DNA of 64,000 nucleotides from Podarcis muralis (lineage: Eukaryota), in contig NC_135657.1 in assembly GCF_964188315.1 (NCBI RefSeq), positions 55,242,001 through 55,306,000 on the forward strand, written 5' to 3'. The notes under the pieces are model-generated. The model saw nothing but the letters and a program-made list of their open reading frames with translations, did not search any database and was not told the DNA's origin. The translations under genes and the position numbers were made by a program. This document shows positions 11,790-25,039 of the stretch, piece after piece. Numbering within the stretch: position 1 is the first letter of the stretch; each line of letters opens with the position of its first letter.

Positions 11790-12000
11790 TTGCCTCTTTC
11801 TTCCAAAAGCAATGAGCCTTTAAACACCTGGATAAAAAAAGAATTAGCTGTCTGTTCCCAAGGACAATATGGCACTCAGAAGGAAGAAAAAGACACATGT
11901 ATATATTGTGGTGGTGTGAACAAATCCTTGGAGCACTTTTTATTTATTTTTTCTGGGAAATGTTTTTACAGAAATACTTTAACTTGAAAAGTAGCTGACC
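11790..12000 (+). mobile_element. Degraded LINE C-terminal zinc-knuckle fragment
   Basis: CIYCGGVNKSLEHFLF resembles the CxxC-x8-H motif at the end of non-LTR ORF2. Confidence 0.4.
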
Positions 12001-14429
12001 ATTGTACAAAAAAAAATGTCCTTATTTGTTCAAATCTCTTCTGTGTCATGAGAGATGCTTTCAGGTTATGCCATATTTTAGAAATAAAGAGACAAATATA
12101 TTCCCTATGAATGTAGGTTTAGGCTACATTTTTCCATTGAAGGATTTTAAAATAGAGTGCAGCTATCAAAAGTATAACCTAAATGAAGACATGCTTAGAG
12201 CTGGGATATACAGTAATCAGTTCCAAAGAAGAATAAACAAATTCCATAGAGAACAAAATAAATTTCTTACAGCCATTCTTTCCTGTATTTTACTTTTATA
12301 TATTATATAATTTCATTTCTTTTCTCTAATAAATCAAAGAAGCTGAGAGAAGCAAGTTTTGGCAATATGCATGCTGTCTTGAAATATTCTTGCCAAGCTC
12401 AATCTAGCTATTATTTTAAAAAATGTTTCATAGTTTATTAGTTGATTAGATTTCTATTTTCAAAGTATCATTGAAAAACGCAGGTGAAAACACTGGAGCG
12501 GGATTTAGTTATGCCTAGCTAAGAACAGCTGCAGTTTTCTGCATGTTTACCCAGAAGTTTCAGAGCAACCCACCCACCCCCTCCCCACCCACCCAGCCCT
12601 CCCTATCTCTCCCAGTCTTCACCTGCAGAGCAACACCAGAACTCCCTCTTCTGTGTACAGATCATGTGAGTGGGTGGAAGTGTCCCCCCCCCCCCGCAGA
12701 AAGCTCTAAAAGAAGGCATTCCAAGGATGGGGAAGAACTGAGCTGCTCCAGGATACATTGGATATTGAGCTGACCTCAGTGGAATCTCCCTGCTCTAGGT
12801 ATGTTGCAGAATTCCAACAAAAAAGAGAAACAGATGGAGGAAATGCAATTGTATGCTTTAGGTATCTTCTTCTTTAAGCCAGCTGCACATTTTTCCATAG
12901 GAAGACACACAAAGACACATGGAGAAATGTCATTGTTCTTATCAACACTATTGGTTTCCTTTGAAATTCTGAATAGAAACACCTAAAATTTATATTTTAG
13001 ATGACATTTGGTGACAACCTAGCAGAGTTTTCAAACTAGCAGCCATTCCAGTTTTCCTTCCAAATGAAGAAGCCCGTTGCAACATCAGGGATGGAAACAC
13101 AATTCAGACCTTGTGCTGAAATAGTTCTCTTGAATGTTTGCTTATAACCATGAGCTTGTTGACATCTAGGCAAGAGCAACCAGGTCTTACTGCATATTTG
13201 GGATGTGGCAGTGATGAATGATCAGACATTGATGAATGATGAAGCCCTGCAGCATCAGTGGATCCAAGATGCTTAGCGCCTGCCATGATTTGTTCTGAGC
13301 AACAAATTGATACTGTGCTACGTTGTTTTGAAGGACCAACTTCAGCCCATTAACTCTTATCTTAATTTATGAGATGAAGTTTTTTTGGAGCCTGCCGGTA
13401 AGAGTTGTCTAAATGAAGCTCCAATTCAAAGTGCAGAGAAAGTTACAGGATTTAAGAACATTTAAGCCTGATACATGGAGCTACTGTAGCATAACTGGCC
13501 TTGAACCAATTTAAGACCAATTAATCTAACGTAACTGGATGTTCATTAACTTAAGCTAAAGATATGATTTCCCTAGCCTAACAGCTATTTAGTTAAAAAT
13601 AAAATAATGTTCATCTTATTTAGCAGGAGTATTGTTCTATTACAGTGACGCTTCTAACCATGCAAAATGATTTATGATTTTTCCATTGATCCTTACCACA
13701 ACCCTGAAGTTGGGCATATTTCCATTTAGGTTTTGGATATTTATATCCTGCTCTTCAATCCAAAAGGATTAGTGTGCATTTTTTAAAAAATGAATCAAGT
13801 GAAAATTTCAAATGAAGCAGTAAATTATAAAAATAGCAAAAAATGCAGAAAATGTCTATGTTGAGATACAGGCTTAGAACATCTGAAAACTATGAGAGTT
13901 AATAATAAAGGTATAGTTTTATTACTTTGTATTTTATAATGTTGTTTTTTAATGTTTTAAGCTGCTTTGAATCTCAACTTGGAATAAAGGCAGGATGTAA
14001 ATACATTTAATAATTTCAAAAACAGCAACAACAATACTTTGTACTTGGAGATATTTAAATATTAAGTAGTTTAGGAATGCTAAATAGGCTCCTGAATCAT
14101 TTTACTTAAGCCGCAGTTGACATCTTGGAATGGAGATTCTCAATAACAGAAGCAATCCCTATTTCTTTTAATATCACATCAAAGTTTAGGGGTACTCTAT
14201 CATTTGAGGCACAAGTCATTTGAGGCACAAGTGGCCTTGGTGATTGTCATTTGAGGCACAAGTGGCCTTGGTGATTGGAGTGCCTGTCCTGTTTTGAGCA
14301 ACAGCTGGCTATAGCCCCTTTTGGACAGAGATGACTTGTCCATGATGCTCCAAGCTCTGGAAACTTCCACATAGGTTTATTGCAACGCACTCTTGAAGAC
14401 GACTCAGAAATATCAGCTAGCCCAAAATG

Positions 14430-14830
14430 CAGCAGCAAGACTGGGGTTGAAACCCTGTTCTAAAACAGCTGCATTGGCTGCCAGCTTGTTTCTGAGCCTG
14501 ATTCAAGGTGCTCTCGTTAGCATTTAAAGCCCTCAATGACTTAGGCGGCAAATATCTGAAATACTATCTCCTTCCCTACAGATTCTCTTGGATCAGCAGA
14601 GGGGGGCGCTTTTGGTAATTCCACCTCCCTTAGAAACTGAGGGGGGTGGTCTGGAAGAGGGCATTCTCTATAGCAGCCCCTAAGTTGTGGAACTCCATCC
14701 CCACACAGGTATATCTGGCTTCCTCACTATGCAACTTTCAGCGAAAACTGAAGATGGACTTTTTTACCCTGGTTTCTGACACCTGAGATGTGTGATTTCA
14801 GGGCCCACCCTGTGGTTTCCTGTGATTGCA
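14430..14830 (+). mobile_element. L2-like LINE 3' fragment
   Basis: PVLKQLHWLPACF*A*FKVLSLAFKALN and AAPKLWNS motifs. Confidence 0.75.
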
Positions 14831-15284
14831 ATCTGTTTTAATTGTTAATAGTAGGGTAATCGAATTAACAACAAGAACAACTTTGAAAACTTCTCCCTAA
14901 CTTCCCAGCCTTCTCTTTGCCAAATGACTGAGTTCATCCTCTTGAAAACTATCACCCATTCCTCTGTTGTAGCAGCTAAGATGCTTTGTTAAGCCTGAAG
15001 GCTGATGGCTTGTTTAGGCAGCTAAGATTCTTCAGAAGTGGGGCCACATACTTCCTTGTGCTTCCTCTACGCAGTTCAAGAGAATGCTTGACTCTTAGGC
15101 AATAGCAGCTGTTCGTCTACACTGGTGGTAGCCAGCACAATATGGTCCAGGCGACGCAGGGTTCCAATTCCCCATCTGGAAGGCCAGAGATTCTCCATCA
15201 CCATCACCACTGACTTCAAGCATCCAGTCAACCAAGACAGGGGTCAAGGGTTTTACCTGAAATTCCCACCTTTTAAAAGAAGAG

Positions 15285-15560
15285 TGGTGTCATGGAGGCT
15301 TATAATCCAGAATCAACCATTCAAGCAATGTGATTTATTCAATGTAGAATTATAGAATGGCAGAGTTGGGACTCTGATGGTCATCTAGTCCAACCCCCTG
15401 CAATGCAGGAATCTCAGCTAAAGCATCCATGACAGATGGCCATCCAACCTCTGCTTTAAAATCTCCAGGGAAGGAGAGCCCACCACCTTCGGAGGAAGAT
15501 TGCTGCACTGTCAAACAGCTCTTGCTGTCAGAAAATTCTTCCCAACGTTTATTTCAAATC
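15285..15560 (-). mobile_element. CR1 3' fragment
   Basis: tagaattatagaatggcagagttgg...gtcatctagtccaaccccctgcaatgcagg. Confidence 0.7.
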
Positions 15561-16356
15561 TCATTTCTTAAGAGATCAAAATTAAGCAGGGCATTTCTGC
15601 CTGTCTAAGTTTTAGACAAATGCTTTCTCTTTGGCTCCGATTCCCCCCCAAAAAAAAATCTAGAAAGGAAGCGACAGCCATCCAAATTTTTGGACAAAGT
15701 TTGCTTCTTGCCAGGCTTGTAATATTTAAACCTGCTTGAGATCTAAGGAGAGGTAGTGGTGCAGAGCATTCTTCCCTCACCCATCTCTCATTAAAAATGG
15801 GTTCTTATAAACAGTAAGTTCATCAGAGAGAGAGATGGTGCATATTACAAAAGGAGGGCAGTAGTGCAGAGCAAAGTCATGTCTATGCCTGCTGGATGCA
15901 ATTTGCTCAAAGCTATCCCTTCTTTTACAGCAGCCAGCGAAGTACTGCAGTGTTTTAGCGCCTTCTTGTGTTGGTCTCTGGCAATACAAATGAAAGAAAT
16001 CTCAGAAGTGCTCTCTCTTCAAAGCAGCATATAAAAACGCTGTGCGTGGACTGCTTTCTTTCATTTATTGTGGAATTCCGGTTGAGAGAGTTTGCTTTAG
16101 CGGGGTGTAAAAATGGTGATACATATTCAGTTTTGCTTTTAAAATACGTGGTGTTTAAACAGTTCATATAACTGACTCAGAACCTTCATTTGTCCCATGC
16201 ATTGTGCACCTATTATGCAGACACCCAGAATCAGTCCAAAAGAATGGGAGTCACTCCCTTCAACATATGTGCTTTAGACTACTGTCTAAATGAGCCGTGT
16301 CCCAACATTAGAATAGGAAAAGATGGCCAGTCCCCTTGTCTCTTATATTGAGTGAG

Positions 16357-16722
16357 AAGGTAAAGGTAAAGGGACCCCTGACCTTTAAGTCCAGTCTTGG
16401 ACAACTCTGGGACTGCGGCGCTCATCTCGCTTTACAGGCCGAGGGAGCTGGCATTTGTCCGCAGACAGCTTCTGGGTCATGTGGCCAGCATGACTAAGCC
16501 ACTTCTGGCGAACCAGAGCAGCGCACGGAAACACTGTTTACCTTCCCGCCGGAGCAGTACCTATTTATCTACTTGCACTTTGACATGCTTTCGAACTGCT
16601 AGGTTGGCAGGAGCAGGGACCGAGCAATGTGAGCTCACCCCGTCGCGGGGATTCGAACCACCGACCTTCTGATTGGCAAGCCCTAGGCTCTGTGGTTTAG
16701 ACCACAACGCCACCCACGTCCC
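16357..16722 (-). mobile_element. Sauria SINE, full length
   Basis: (ggtaaa)n tail, tRNA-like head (ggggattcgaacc), approximate TSD tcttatat[t/g]gagt. Confidence 0.92.
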
Positions 16723-17646
16723 ATCTTATATGGAGTAGTGGGGTTCTATTCCTGTTTGCTTGCTTACTGTTTGCTGGGTGCAATGGTTTTTTTAGGTGTC
16801 CCCTAGAGACACATAGGCAAACTAGAAAACCGCAGCATTATGGCAGGCAGACACCAGTCCCAAATATTTATATTCTAATGGAGACCAAAATGGTCCCCAG
16901 GCAGTCTGTCTCCTGAAATGAGAGGCCAGTGCCACTTCAGCACAGTCACTTTAGACAGTTGTCTAAGTCAAGTACCCCAGAAGGCAAGCGCTTAAGAAAA
17001 TGGCATGGAGATCACTTACCAGAAGGCAAATGAATACAGCAGACAGCCTTACAGTTTCTATTTGAATCTGATTTCTACTAGCAACAGAAAGCTATTAAGG
17101 AAAAACAATTCCTTATTCTCCAATTCCATGCTTCAACAACATACCCACTCCTACAGACCAGCAGTCTTAGGGTAGGGATAGACAGATCCGTCTATTTCCA
17201 ATCTGTGACAGTTTTGCATGTGTTCAGGTATATATATCTTTTCCATCCCATTTTCTGCCTTTTTTTAACTGCATGAAAAATTGCATTTAGGGGGAAATGC
17301 ATATGGGTAAAAATATGGGTGCAATCATATTTAAATCATGCACATTTCCCTCAAAGCATGTATTTTTTTTGTACACACACATCTTGAGCTGAGATCTACA
17401 TTGCAAAATTTGGAGAACTGCATAATCAAAACAGTAGTTGTGTTCTGATCTGCGTATTAGTCCAAAAAGTGCATATTAAATGGCTTTGCTTAAAAGCGCA
17501 GACTAAGCAAAATTCTCCAGTATCTTTTCCTCGGGATTTGCTCCAGGTTTGAGGGGACCCCCAGCAAAGTGCCCTCTCGTGACCTGGAAGAGGGGTGAGC
17601 TCCAGCCTTACCTGGGTGTGGCAGTGACAAGCAGCCATTTTAATTT

Positions 17647-17795
17647 CATAGTAACATAGGAAGCTGCCTTATACCAATCAGACCATTGGATCATCTAGCT
17701 CCATATTGTCTACACTGAGAAGCAGAAGGTCTTAGGTGTTTCCCAGCCCTACCTGGAGAGGTTAGGATTTGAACCTGGAACCTTCTGCAAAGCAC
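17647..17795 (-). mobile_element. tRNA-derived squamate SINE (internally deleted)
   Basis: Same family as 1456. Confidence 0.7.
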
Positions 17796-19084
17796 TCCAT
17801 TCACTCTTTGCCCAAGTTTGTGTGGCTTTCTTCTTCATCGGACCTTTCCCATCTGGCAGAATTATGTGCCTGAGATTTGATTAAGACTTGATTAAGTATT
17901 TTGTTCCAAAATAAATTAGCCCAGAGGCATTTTGCACCTTTAATAGTAATGCCTTCGGATTTTCATTCTAACTATTGTTAATTGACAATTTTTATCCATG
18001 TACCTATAATTTTATCGAATGTTACCAGCCTATATTTCATAGTCATGTGAGACCTAGTATTATTTTTATTTATTAAATTTGTATACCACCTTTCATCCAC
18101 AGATCTCAGGGTGGTAGTATCAGAGCCACACGCATCAAAGAAAATGGTAAAGTCTCCACCTCATACATTCTCCACTGATTTACTTAGTCCACCCAATTAC
18201 CCTCACACCTCACAAGACAGAGTTGTCCCAAAAGAAGGTATTGGCTGAGATGACAAGATGCACAAAAGCCAACCAGACATGCAACTGGCTCTTACTTCAG
18301 CGCTGGCAAGTCAACAGAGCCCTCCACCTTACCTGATTGTGGCAGGTTATAAACTAGACTCAGAAAAATCTAGACTCGGGGAACTCAGGAAAGGCCAGTT
18401 CTGTCTGCTCTCCACTCCTTATTATCTGCCACCAGAGGCAGCTATCTCACTCTGCTTAATAATAGGGACAGCCCATTCAACATGTACCACTTCCACCCAC
18501 ACCCATACTTTCTTCCTTTAGGCTTACCTTATGGAGATAACCCTTCACAGCACCAATCATTTCCTTATAGGATAATCTAGATTACAGCAGAGTTGCCAGC
18601 GTTTCATTGTGCCTTTAACAGAGGCTTGATATGTGTGAATTAGCTGGTGATGCTTTTAGCTGCATAACCATAAACATCGCCAGCTTCTCTAACTCCAGCT
18701 TATCCAGCCACAACAGCAGGACCCGGTTATACCTGTTGGAAACGCAAAATGCCGATTATACGAACGAAAAATCAGTTATAACAGAAGTACCACTCTGATG
18801 AGGTCCTTTAATTCACCGGCCACTCCATAACGCTGGCATCTGCATCTCTAAGGTTTGACTCTGTCATTTTGTAACTTCTGCCACATCCATCAGTTGCAGA
18901 ATCCATTGTAGCACGGAGCATAATGAATGCTGAGAAGCAGTCAGGCACTCACCACACCTTCAGCAAGCAAATCAGTCAAGAGCCCTGCTACAGAAAGCAG
19001 AAACAGATCTGATCAAAAGCTTCATTGGGACATTTGGGGGGGGGGGACCATGTTATCATTATTAGGGGGGAAACTTGCTGCCAT

Positions 19085-19252
19085 CAGTGGTGTAGCGTGG
19101 GGGGTGCAGGGGGGGCCGGCCGCACCGGGCGCAACATCTGAGGGGGTGCGCATTCGCACTCGCAGCTCTCTGCCCCCTGCTAAAATCCACGGGTTAGGGG
19201 GCGCAAATTACTTGCCTTGCCCCGGGTGCTGACAACCCACGCTACGCCACTG
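19085..19252. mobile_element. hAT MITE, 168 bp, GC-rich
   Basis: TIRs cagtggtgtagcgtggg / cccacgctacgccactg; perfect 8-bp TSD gctgccat. Confidence 0.92.
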
Positions 19253-19307
19253 GCTGCCATATACACAGCTTGAAGACTATTTTTTTAAGGTAAGGTAAGG
19301 TGCTAGC

Positions 19308-19455
19308 CAGTGCTTTTTTCTGGGGGGACACAGGGGCACACTTACCCCTAAACATTTTGTGAATTTAAGTTTGGCCTCATTGAGGGGCAGTATTTCAATA
19401 TGGGTAGGAAAATGAGAGTACCCCTAAACATTTTTTTAAAGAAAAAAATACACTG
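19308..19455. mobile_element. hAT MITE, 148 bp
   Basis: TIRs cagtgcttttttc / gaaaaaaatacactg; perfect 8-bp TSD gtgctagc; same family as 51816. Confidence 0.92.
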
Positions 19456-20699
19456 GTGCTAGCTGATTGACAACCTGATCCTACCCATTTTTCCTCTATA
19501 AGCAGCTGAATATTTCATCCACTACATGTGCAAAATTTAAACATTTACCTGTGGAAACATTTTGTCCGTCTGGAATATTTATATACTGCCCATGAGTTTT
19601 GCAGATCCCCCAGGGCAGCTCATAACACTCACCAAAACAATACCAATTTTGAACAAATATTTACATTTTAAAATAAATCCCAATTAAAAAAGTATTAATA
19701 CAGAAATAGCACAGAATGGGGGGGGATGGGGGACCCTGCAGAATCAGTAGACAACATGTCAGCAGCTTTGAAACCGGCTTAGGTCATATGCTGGGTATCT
19801 TGGGGAAATAAAAAGTCTTCACTGAAGTGACTTCCAGTTTGGCAGTGGGTGGAGTGCCAGTAAAAAGGCCTCTTTCCACTGAACCTCAGAAAGCCAAGTA
19901 GGTGCAGGAGCGAGCAGGAGGACCTCCAACACACATGGGGAAAGTTAACGCCTTCTAAGCTCCCATGTAATTTCCAGTATATGTTCTTGACAATCCAAGC
20001 CAACTCTGAAGTCTTTCTCAGCCTAAAACTCCATGTCTAGGACGAACCCCAGTTCAAAACAGAAAGTAGAACATGGCAAGAAATACCTCAGTTTGAAACT
20101 CTGGGTAGCTTCTGTCAATCAGAGCAGGAGACACTGGGCCAAATATTGCTAACCTATATAAAAGCTCTGAACAGCTCAGTAGGAGGTTACCCTGAAAAAT
20201 TGCTTGCCCCTATAAGATCACCTTGGGAAATTTCACTCGTGGGGCTCAAACCCCACAGAATAGCACAGGGCAGTGACCTGACAATTGCCATTTGGTGTAC
20301 AGATGCTTTTAATGAAATAAATAAGCAGGCAAACAAACAGCTGGCCCAGCCTAAGGCTCCTTTCTGTGCGCCTGTGCCTCATGCTGGCTTGGAGTGGTAC
20401 CAGCAACAAACCAGTGGAGCCGATTCCATCAAACAGCAGGAGTCGAAGCAGCTGCTGATTCTCCAAGGATTCCTTGAAGGAGTCTTTGCACAACTGTCAC
20501 CTCCCTCCTACCACTGGGATGCTTGGATGCAGCATGGAAACTGCAAGGCAATTATCACCTCTAGGGGGGCTCTTGTTGTTGTTTCTTTTTTTCTTTTGGT
20601 TTCAACTTCTTTATTATTATTTTTCTCTCATGCATGTAACCATAGAAAAACATGATGTCAGTTTTCAAAGGGGCAAGGGATTTTTTATTTTAAAAAAAC

Positions 20700-20730
<31 letters not shown>

Positions 20731-23700
20731 CTCCCTCCTACAGATCCAAACAAGGAATTGTTCCACTAAGAGAGTGATCGAGGAATGTGAGGTTCTTCTT
20801 TGCTGAAAATGAATATAGGAATATTGGTGGAATATAGGAAACAGCGTGCTTCTGGGGAGCTCCCTTTTTAATTGCTTACTTAATTACAGTCAGTGGGTGA
20901 GATCTGATGCAATGATGTTCAAGCTCTACGTACAACTGTCTCCAGCAGCAGCAGCAGTTGCCATAGAGGTTGCACAACTTTGTCTTGTGTGACAGGTTTC
21001 CCACATGTTGACAACCTTTGGAACTCGCTCCCACTGAATGTCAGGCAGACGCCTTCTCTATAGTCTTTTCAGCCCATGCTAAAGATGTCTGCCTTTCAAC
21101 AAGCCTTCTGAAATCTTTATCCCAGTGGGTATCTGTCATGAATTGATGTTACGTATGTGCTGCTGCTGTTTTCAAATTGTTTTATCAGATGATAGGCCTT
21201 GCATTTAAAAAGGCTGTCATCAATACCTTGAAACACTTTTTCCATAGGGAGTTTCCCTACATTTTCACATTGCCGTCTCATGTTGCCCCATGTGGCAGAG
21301 TAGAACACTTCTGGTATAGTATATTATGCAACTTGTCACACCAGATTAATCACCTGGGTTGCTAAGTAGAGCACAGTGTTTTTATTCTGGAATTTTTGCT
21401 GGGAAGGTGAAAAAAGCAGATGGGGGAGGAAGGTCCTTCACAGCTACTATCTTATTCTATGTGGGGGGGGGGGAGTGTAATGTTTGCTCTTTGGTGGTTG
21501 TGGGATTCATTTTCTGTCTGGAAAATAGCAAATTTGTTTATTTTCCTAGTGTCCCTTGGTCATGTATGTTTTCATATGTTATGGATTGTTGAGGAAAGCA
21601 AAATAAGCCATTTTAAATGCAAATATTAGCCAATGGAGCAACTGACTATAAAGGCATGTACAAGCAATTCAAGTTTCAGATTGATAGTTTCCTTATCACC
21701 TGGTTTGATATGTTTGACAATTTTTTCTGTGCCTGATAACAAAGTCCATTCAAGCATTTTGAATTAACACTTTTTAAAAAGTACAAGGAAAATATTCATT
21801 TTCCCTATGTGCATGCTTGCCTGCAGCTTATGAGCTCTTTGGGGACAGTAAGCTATATTTAGCATCTATTAGTTCTAATTACTTCCTTCTTTCCCCATAT
21901 ACAATTCTCTCATCTCTCGATCTCTCAGGCCCCATCTTCGCCATACATTTAAAGCAATGCTATAGCTCTTTAAATAGTTACTGCTTTCCCCCAAATATTC
22001 CTGGGAGCTGCAGTTTGTTAAAGGTGCCGAGAGTTGTTAGAAAACCCCCATTTCCCTCACAGAGGACTGGAAAAATTCATTGGAGGATAAGCCTTTCAAT
22101 GGCTACAAGCCATGATGGCTGTGCTCTACCCATCCTGTCAGAGATAGTATGCCTCTGGGAGAATCAGTAGGTGGGGAAGGGTTAAGCACTCCTTCCTGCC
22201 TGCCAGCTCTCCCTTGTCCTCGGTGCTCCTGCGAGGGGAACAAGAGGAGAAATCCTTATACCCATCTCTGGTACAGCAGGCATGTGGAATAAAGATTCAC
22301 TACATTTACCATATCTAGGCAAGTACGAATACTGTAAGCCTTAAAAAAAAAAGTGTTCTGTAAACCTGAACTTGGAACAACTTCAAAGAAACTATAAAAC
22401 TATTGTTTTCTTTCTGCATCTCCACAATGAAAAATGGTGTCTGGGTAAGTTTCAAGAAATTTACAAGTGTTTGTCATTCCTGGTTTAAACCCTGAAGCCC
22501 CTAGAGCTAAATGAACATCTTCTTTCAGTAAGCACAGGTGCCTGTCTCCTCCCTGTTCAGCCTCTTCCTGCCCACAAGGACAAATGCACAGAAAGGGTTA
22601 ACCTTGGCACTTTAGGATGAGCTCCTTGCAATTATGAAAACTGCTGGGGATACAGCAAGAGGTAATATAAGGAACAAAAATCCTATTAACTTCAATGGGG
22701 TTAGGGCTGGTCGAGCACTTTGAGGATCAATGGGCACTTCAGGGCTATTATTCAGTCTGAAGTCGTTGACAGCAAATGATATTTGCCTGAATAAAAATTG
22801 ATTAAAGATCAAATAAGGGCCTAAGAGCCTGGCTCTGGAATCTTGAATTATTTGGTTTAATAGCCACTTGCCATGCACAGATTGCAAAGAAGGTTCGCCT
22901 TTTTTTCTTTGCAAAATGAAATTATAGAGCTGGAACAAGATTTGGGGATATTCTGAAAAATGAATGACCATTAAGAATGCCAAGCATGTGATAAGGCAGA
23001 AAGATCTAACGGCACAGTTCCCCATTTCAAATTACATTATAAAGTTGGAAGTATTATGTAAATGAAACGCTCTTAAAAGTTGCAAATATTAAACGGAGGC
23101 TTCGGATAATCTGCTCTTGGCCTGTACATTTGATGCAGCCAGTTAGGTAACACACCCAGTGCCTGAACATTCCTGTCTCTCTGATGAATGGTCATGGCTC
23201 GTTGATAAACTGCATGGTTTGCATGCAAGACGTCCCAAGTTCAGCCCCAAAGATCTACAGGTAGGGCTGGGGAAAGGCTCCTTTGAAACCTGTCTTGAAA
23301 TCTACTGCCAGTTGATATAGACTAGATAGAAAATGATCTGACTCCATGTAAGACTTATTCTACAATGAAAGACAAAAGAAGCAGTTCACCAATATCAGAA
23401 AAAGTGAATCAGAAAAAGCTGATGAGGTGCAATTTTAATTTAATGAAGACTACCCAATGCATGTTCAGCAGAGGAAACAGTTGACCATATATATATTTGG
23501 AAAATGGGCTTCTTTTGCCCAGAGGGAACAAGTCATATCACTGTTCAGCCTTCTTCTTTATCCTATCAGCCCCAACCAGCATGGTCATTGGTCAGGAATT
23601 CTGAAAGTTGCAGCCCCAGATGTCTTAACAGTGCCACATTGAGGAAGGCTCAATCATATGAACTTCCTGAGGTGCTACAGTTGTAAGAAGGCTGAACTCA

Positions 23701-25039
23701 GTGCAGTGTGCTGCATGGTGCTTCTAGATGGGCTGCTCAGCTCTCCTCTTAGCTTGGGGCATGAGATTGCCAATTTCTGTTGCAAAAACAAAAATTTAGC
23801 ACATCTACAAAGCTGCAAACGAAAAGCAAATATTTAATGAGAAAGCTCATTAAGACGTGTTTTTGCTTGCAAATAACTTGAAGGTCACGTATCCTTTGCA
23901 ACACATCAGAAGGGCTACATGAAAATATGCAGCAGGTGATTCTGTTATTTGCATGGAATCTATCCATGCCCCCCCCCCAAATACTTTCTGTCAAATTGTC
24001 ATAGGGTTTCAGGGCTATTTTTAGTATCCAGGAGGCTCCAAAAAATTTTTTTTACAGGTCAGAGATTCCTAATGGAAGTAATTGGATTTTTAATTAGTTC
24101 TTTCAAGTTTCTAAATTTGGCATTTCCAGCAAATAGCCAGTTGCTATACAAGCAGAAGAAAGCAAAGCAATAATTATGAACAGTTTGGACCCCTCTCTGC
24201 TGGAAGCATGGTTCACTTCCTAGTGTCTTTGCTGACCCTTGGAAAGAACATGAATAAAGCAGTTCAGAGTGTTCAGCCAATTTAAGGGCTTGGTTGACTG
24301 AATATTCAAAGCCCTCTAATTGTGAATTGCAGATACCACATATTGTGTGGGGCTTTCTTTGCTATGGTGTATCGTATGGGGGGGGGGACACACATCCTAG
24401 TCAATTAGTGGTGGTTGGAATGATAATAAAACATGCACCCATCTTTAAAAATAATTCCCCCGTCCATTCTGATTGGGAGTAGTCAGGGACTAATTTGAGA
24501 TAAACTTGAGTTCCCCCCCCCCCTGATTGGCACATATTTCCAAAGCCCCTGTTTTCAGTGCCAGGACAATGTCTGGGAACATGAGAAGTGATCACTGAAT
24601 GTCTTTCAACATCTACAAAGCTCCTTCCTCTTTTCAACCGCCCCCCTCTCCCCAATTCTGGTTTTGAAGAATAGGATTTGGCAACAGGAGGCATAAGCTC
24701 CAAGTGAACTGGAAGCCTAATGCCCCCCCCCCAGTAGAAATGAATCATTGTGGATTTATTTCAAATTTTTGCTGGGTGTTTCCTCAAAATACCGTGCCTG
24801 AAAGTCAGGGTTGGCCTTCCAGATGTTGATGAACACCATGAGTCCCAGGCAGCATGGCCCATGGTCAGGGATGATAGCCATTGTAGTCCAACATCTGGAG
24901 AACCATGTTTCCCACCCAGCCATGAATCTTGAACTTGTACTACAGCAGCCTGCCAGTGTGAAGTTCTCTTCTGCAGCCCTCTGACATAAACTAGATCACT
25001 AAGCCTTCTTAGTCAAAATATAAAATAAAATAAATAAAA

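Noticed and set aside
14594-14610. CTCF-like cagcagaggggggcgc
   Set aside because: It has one G too many for the core spacing and lies within an L2 fragment.
16640-16722. tRNA-like A/B boxes here and in other SINE heads
   Set aside because: They are parts of SINEs and form no complete cloverleaf, so they are not tRNA genes.
18717-18800. Possible short mariner-like MITE ending gtaccactctg
   Set aside because: The left TIR is too degenerate and there is no clear TA TSD.
20146-20655. 169-aa ORF
   Set aside because: TTG start, no recognisable homology, and it runs into T-rich low-complexity sequence.
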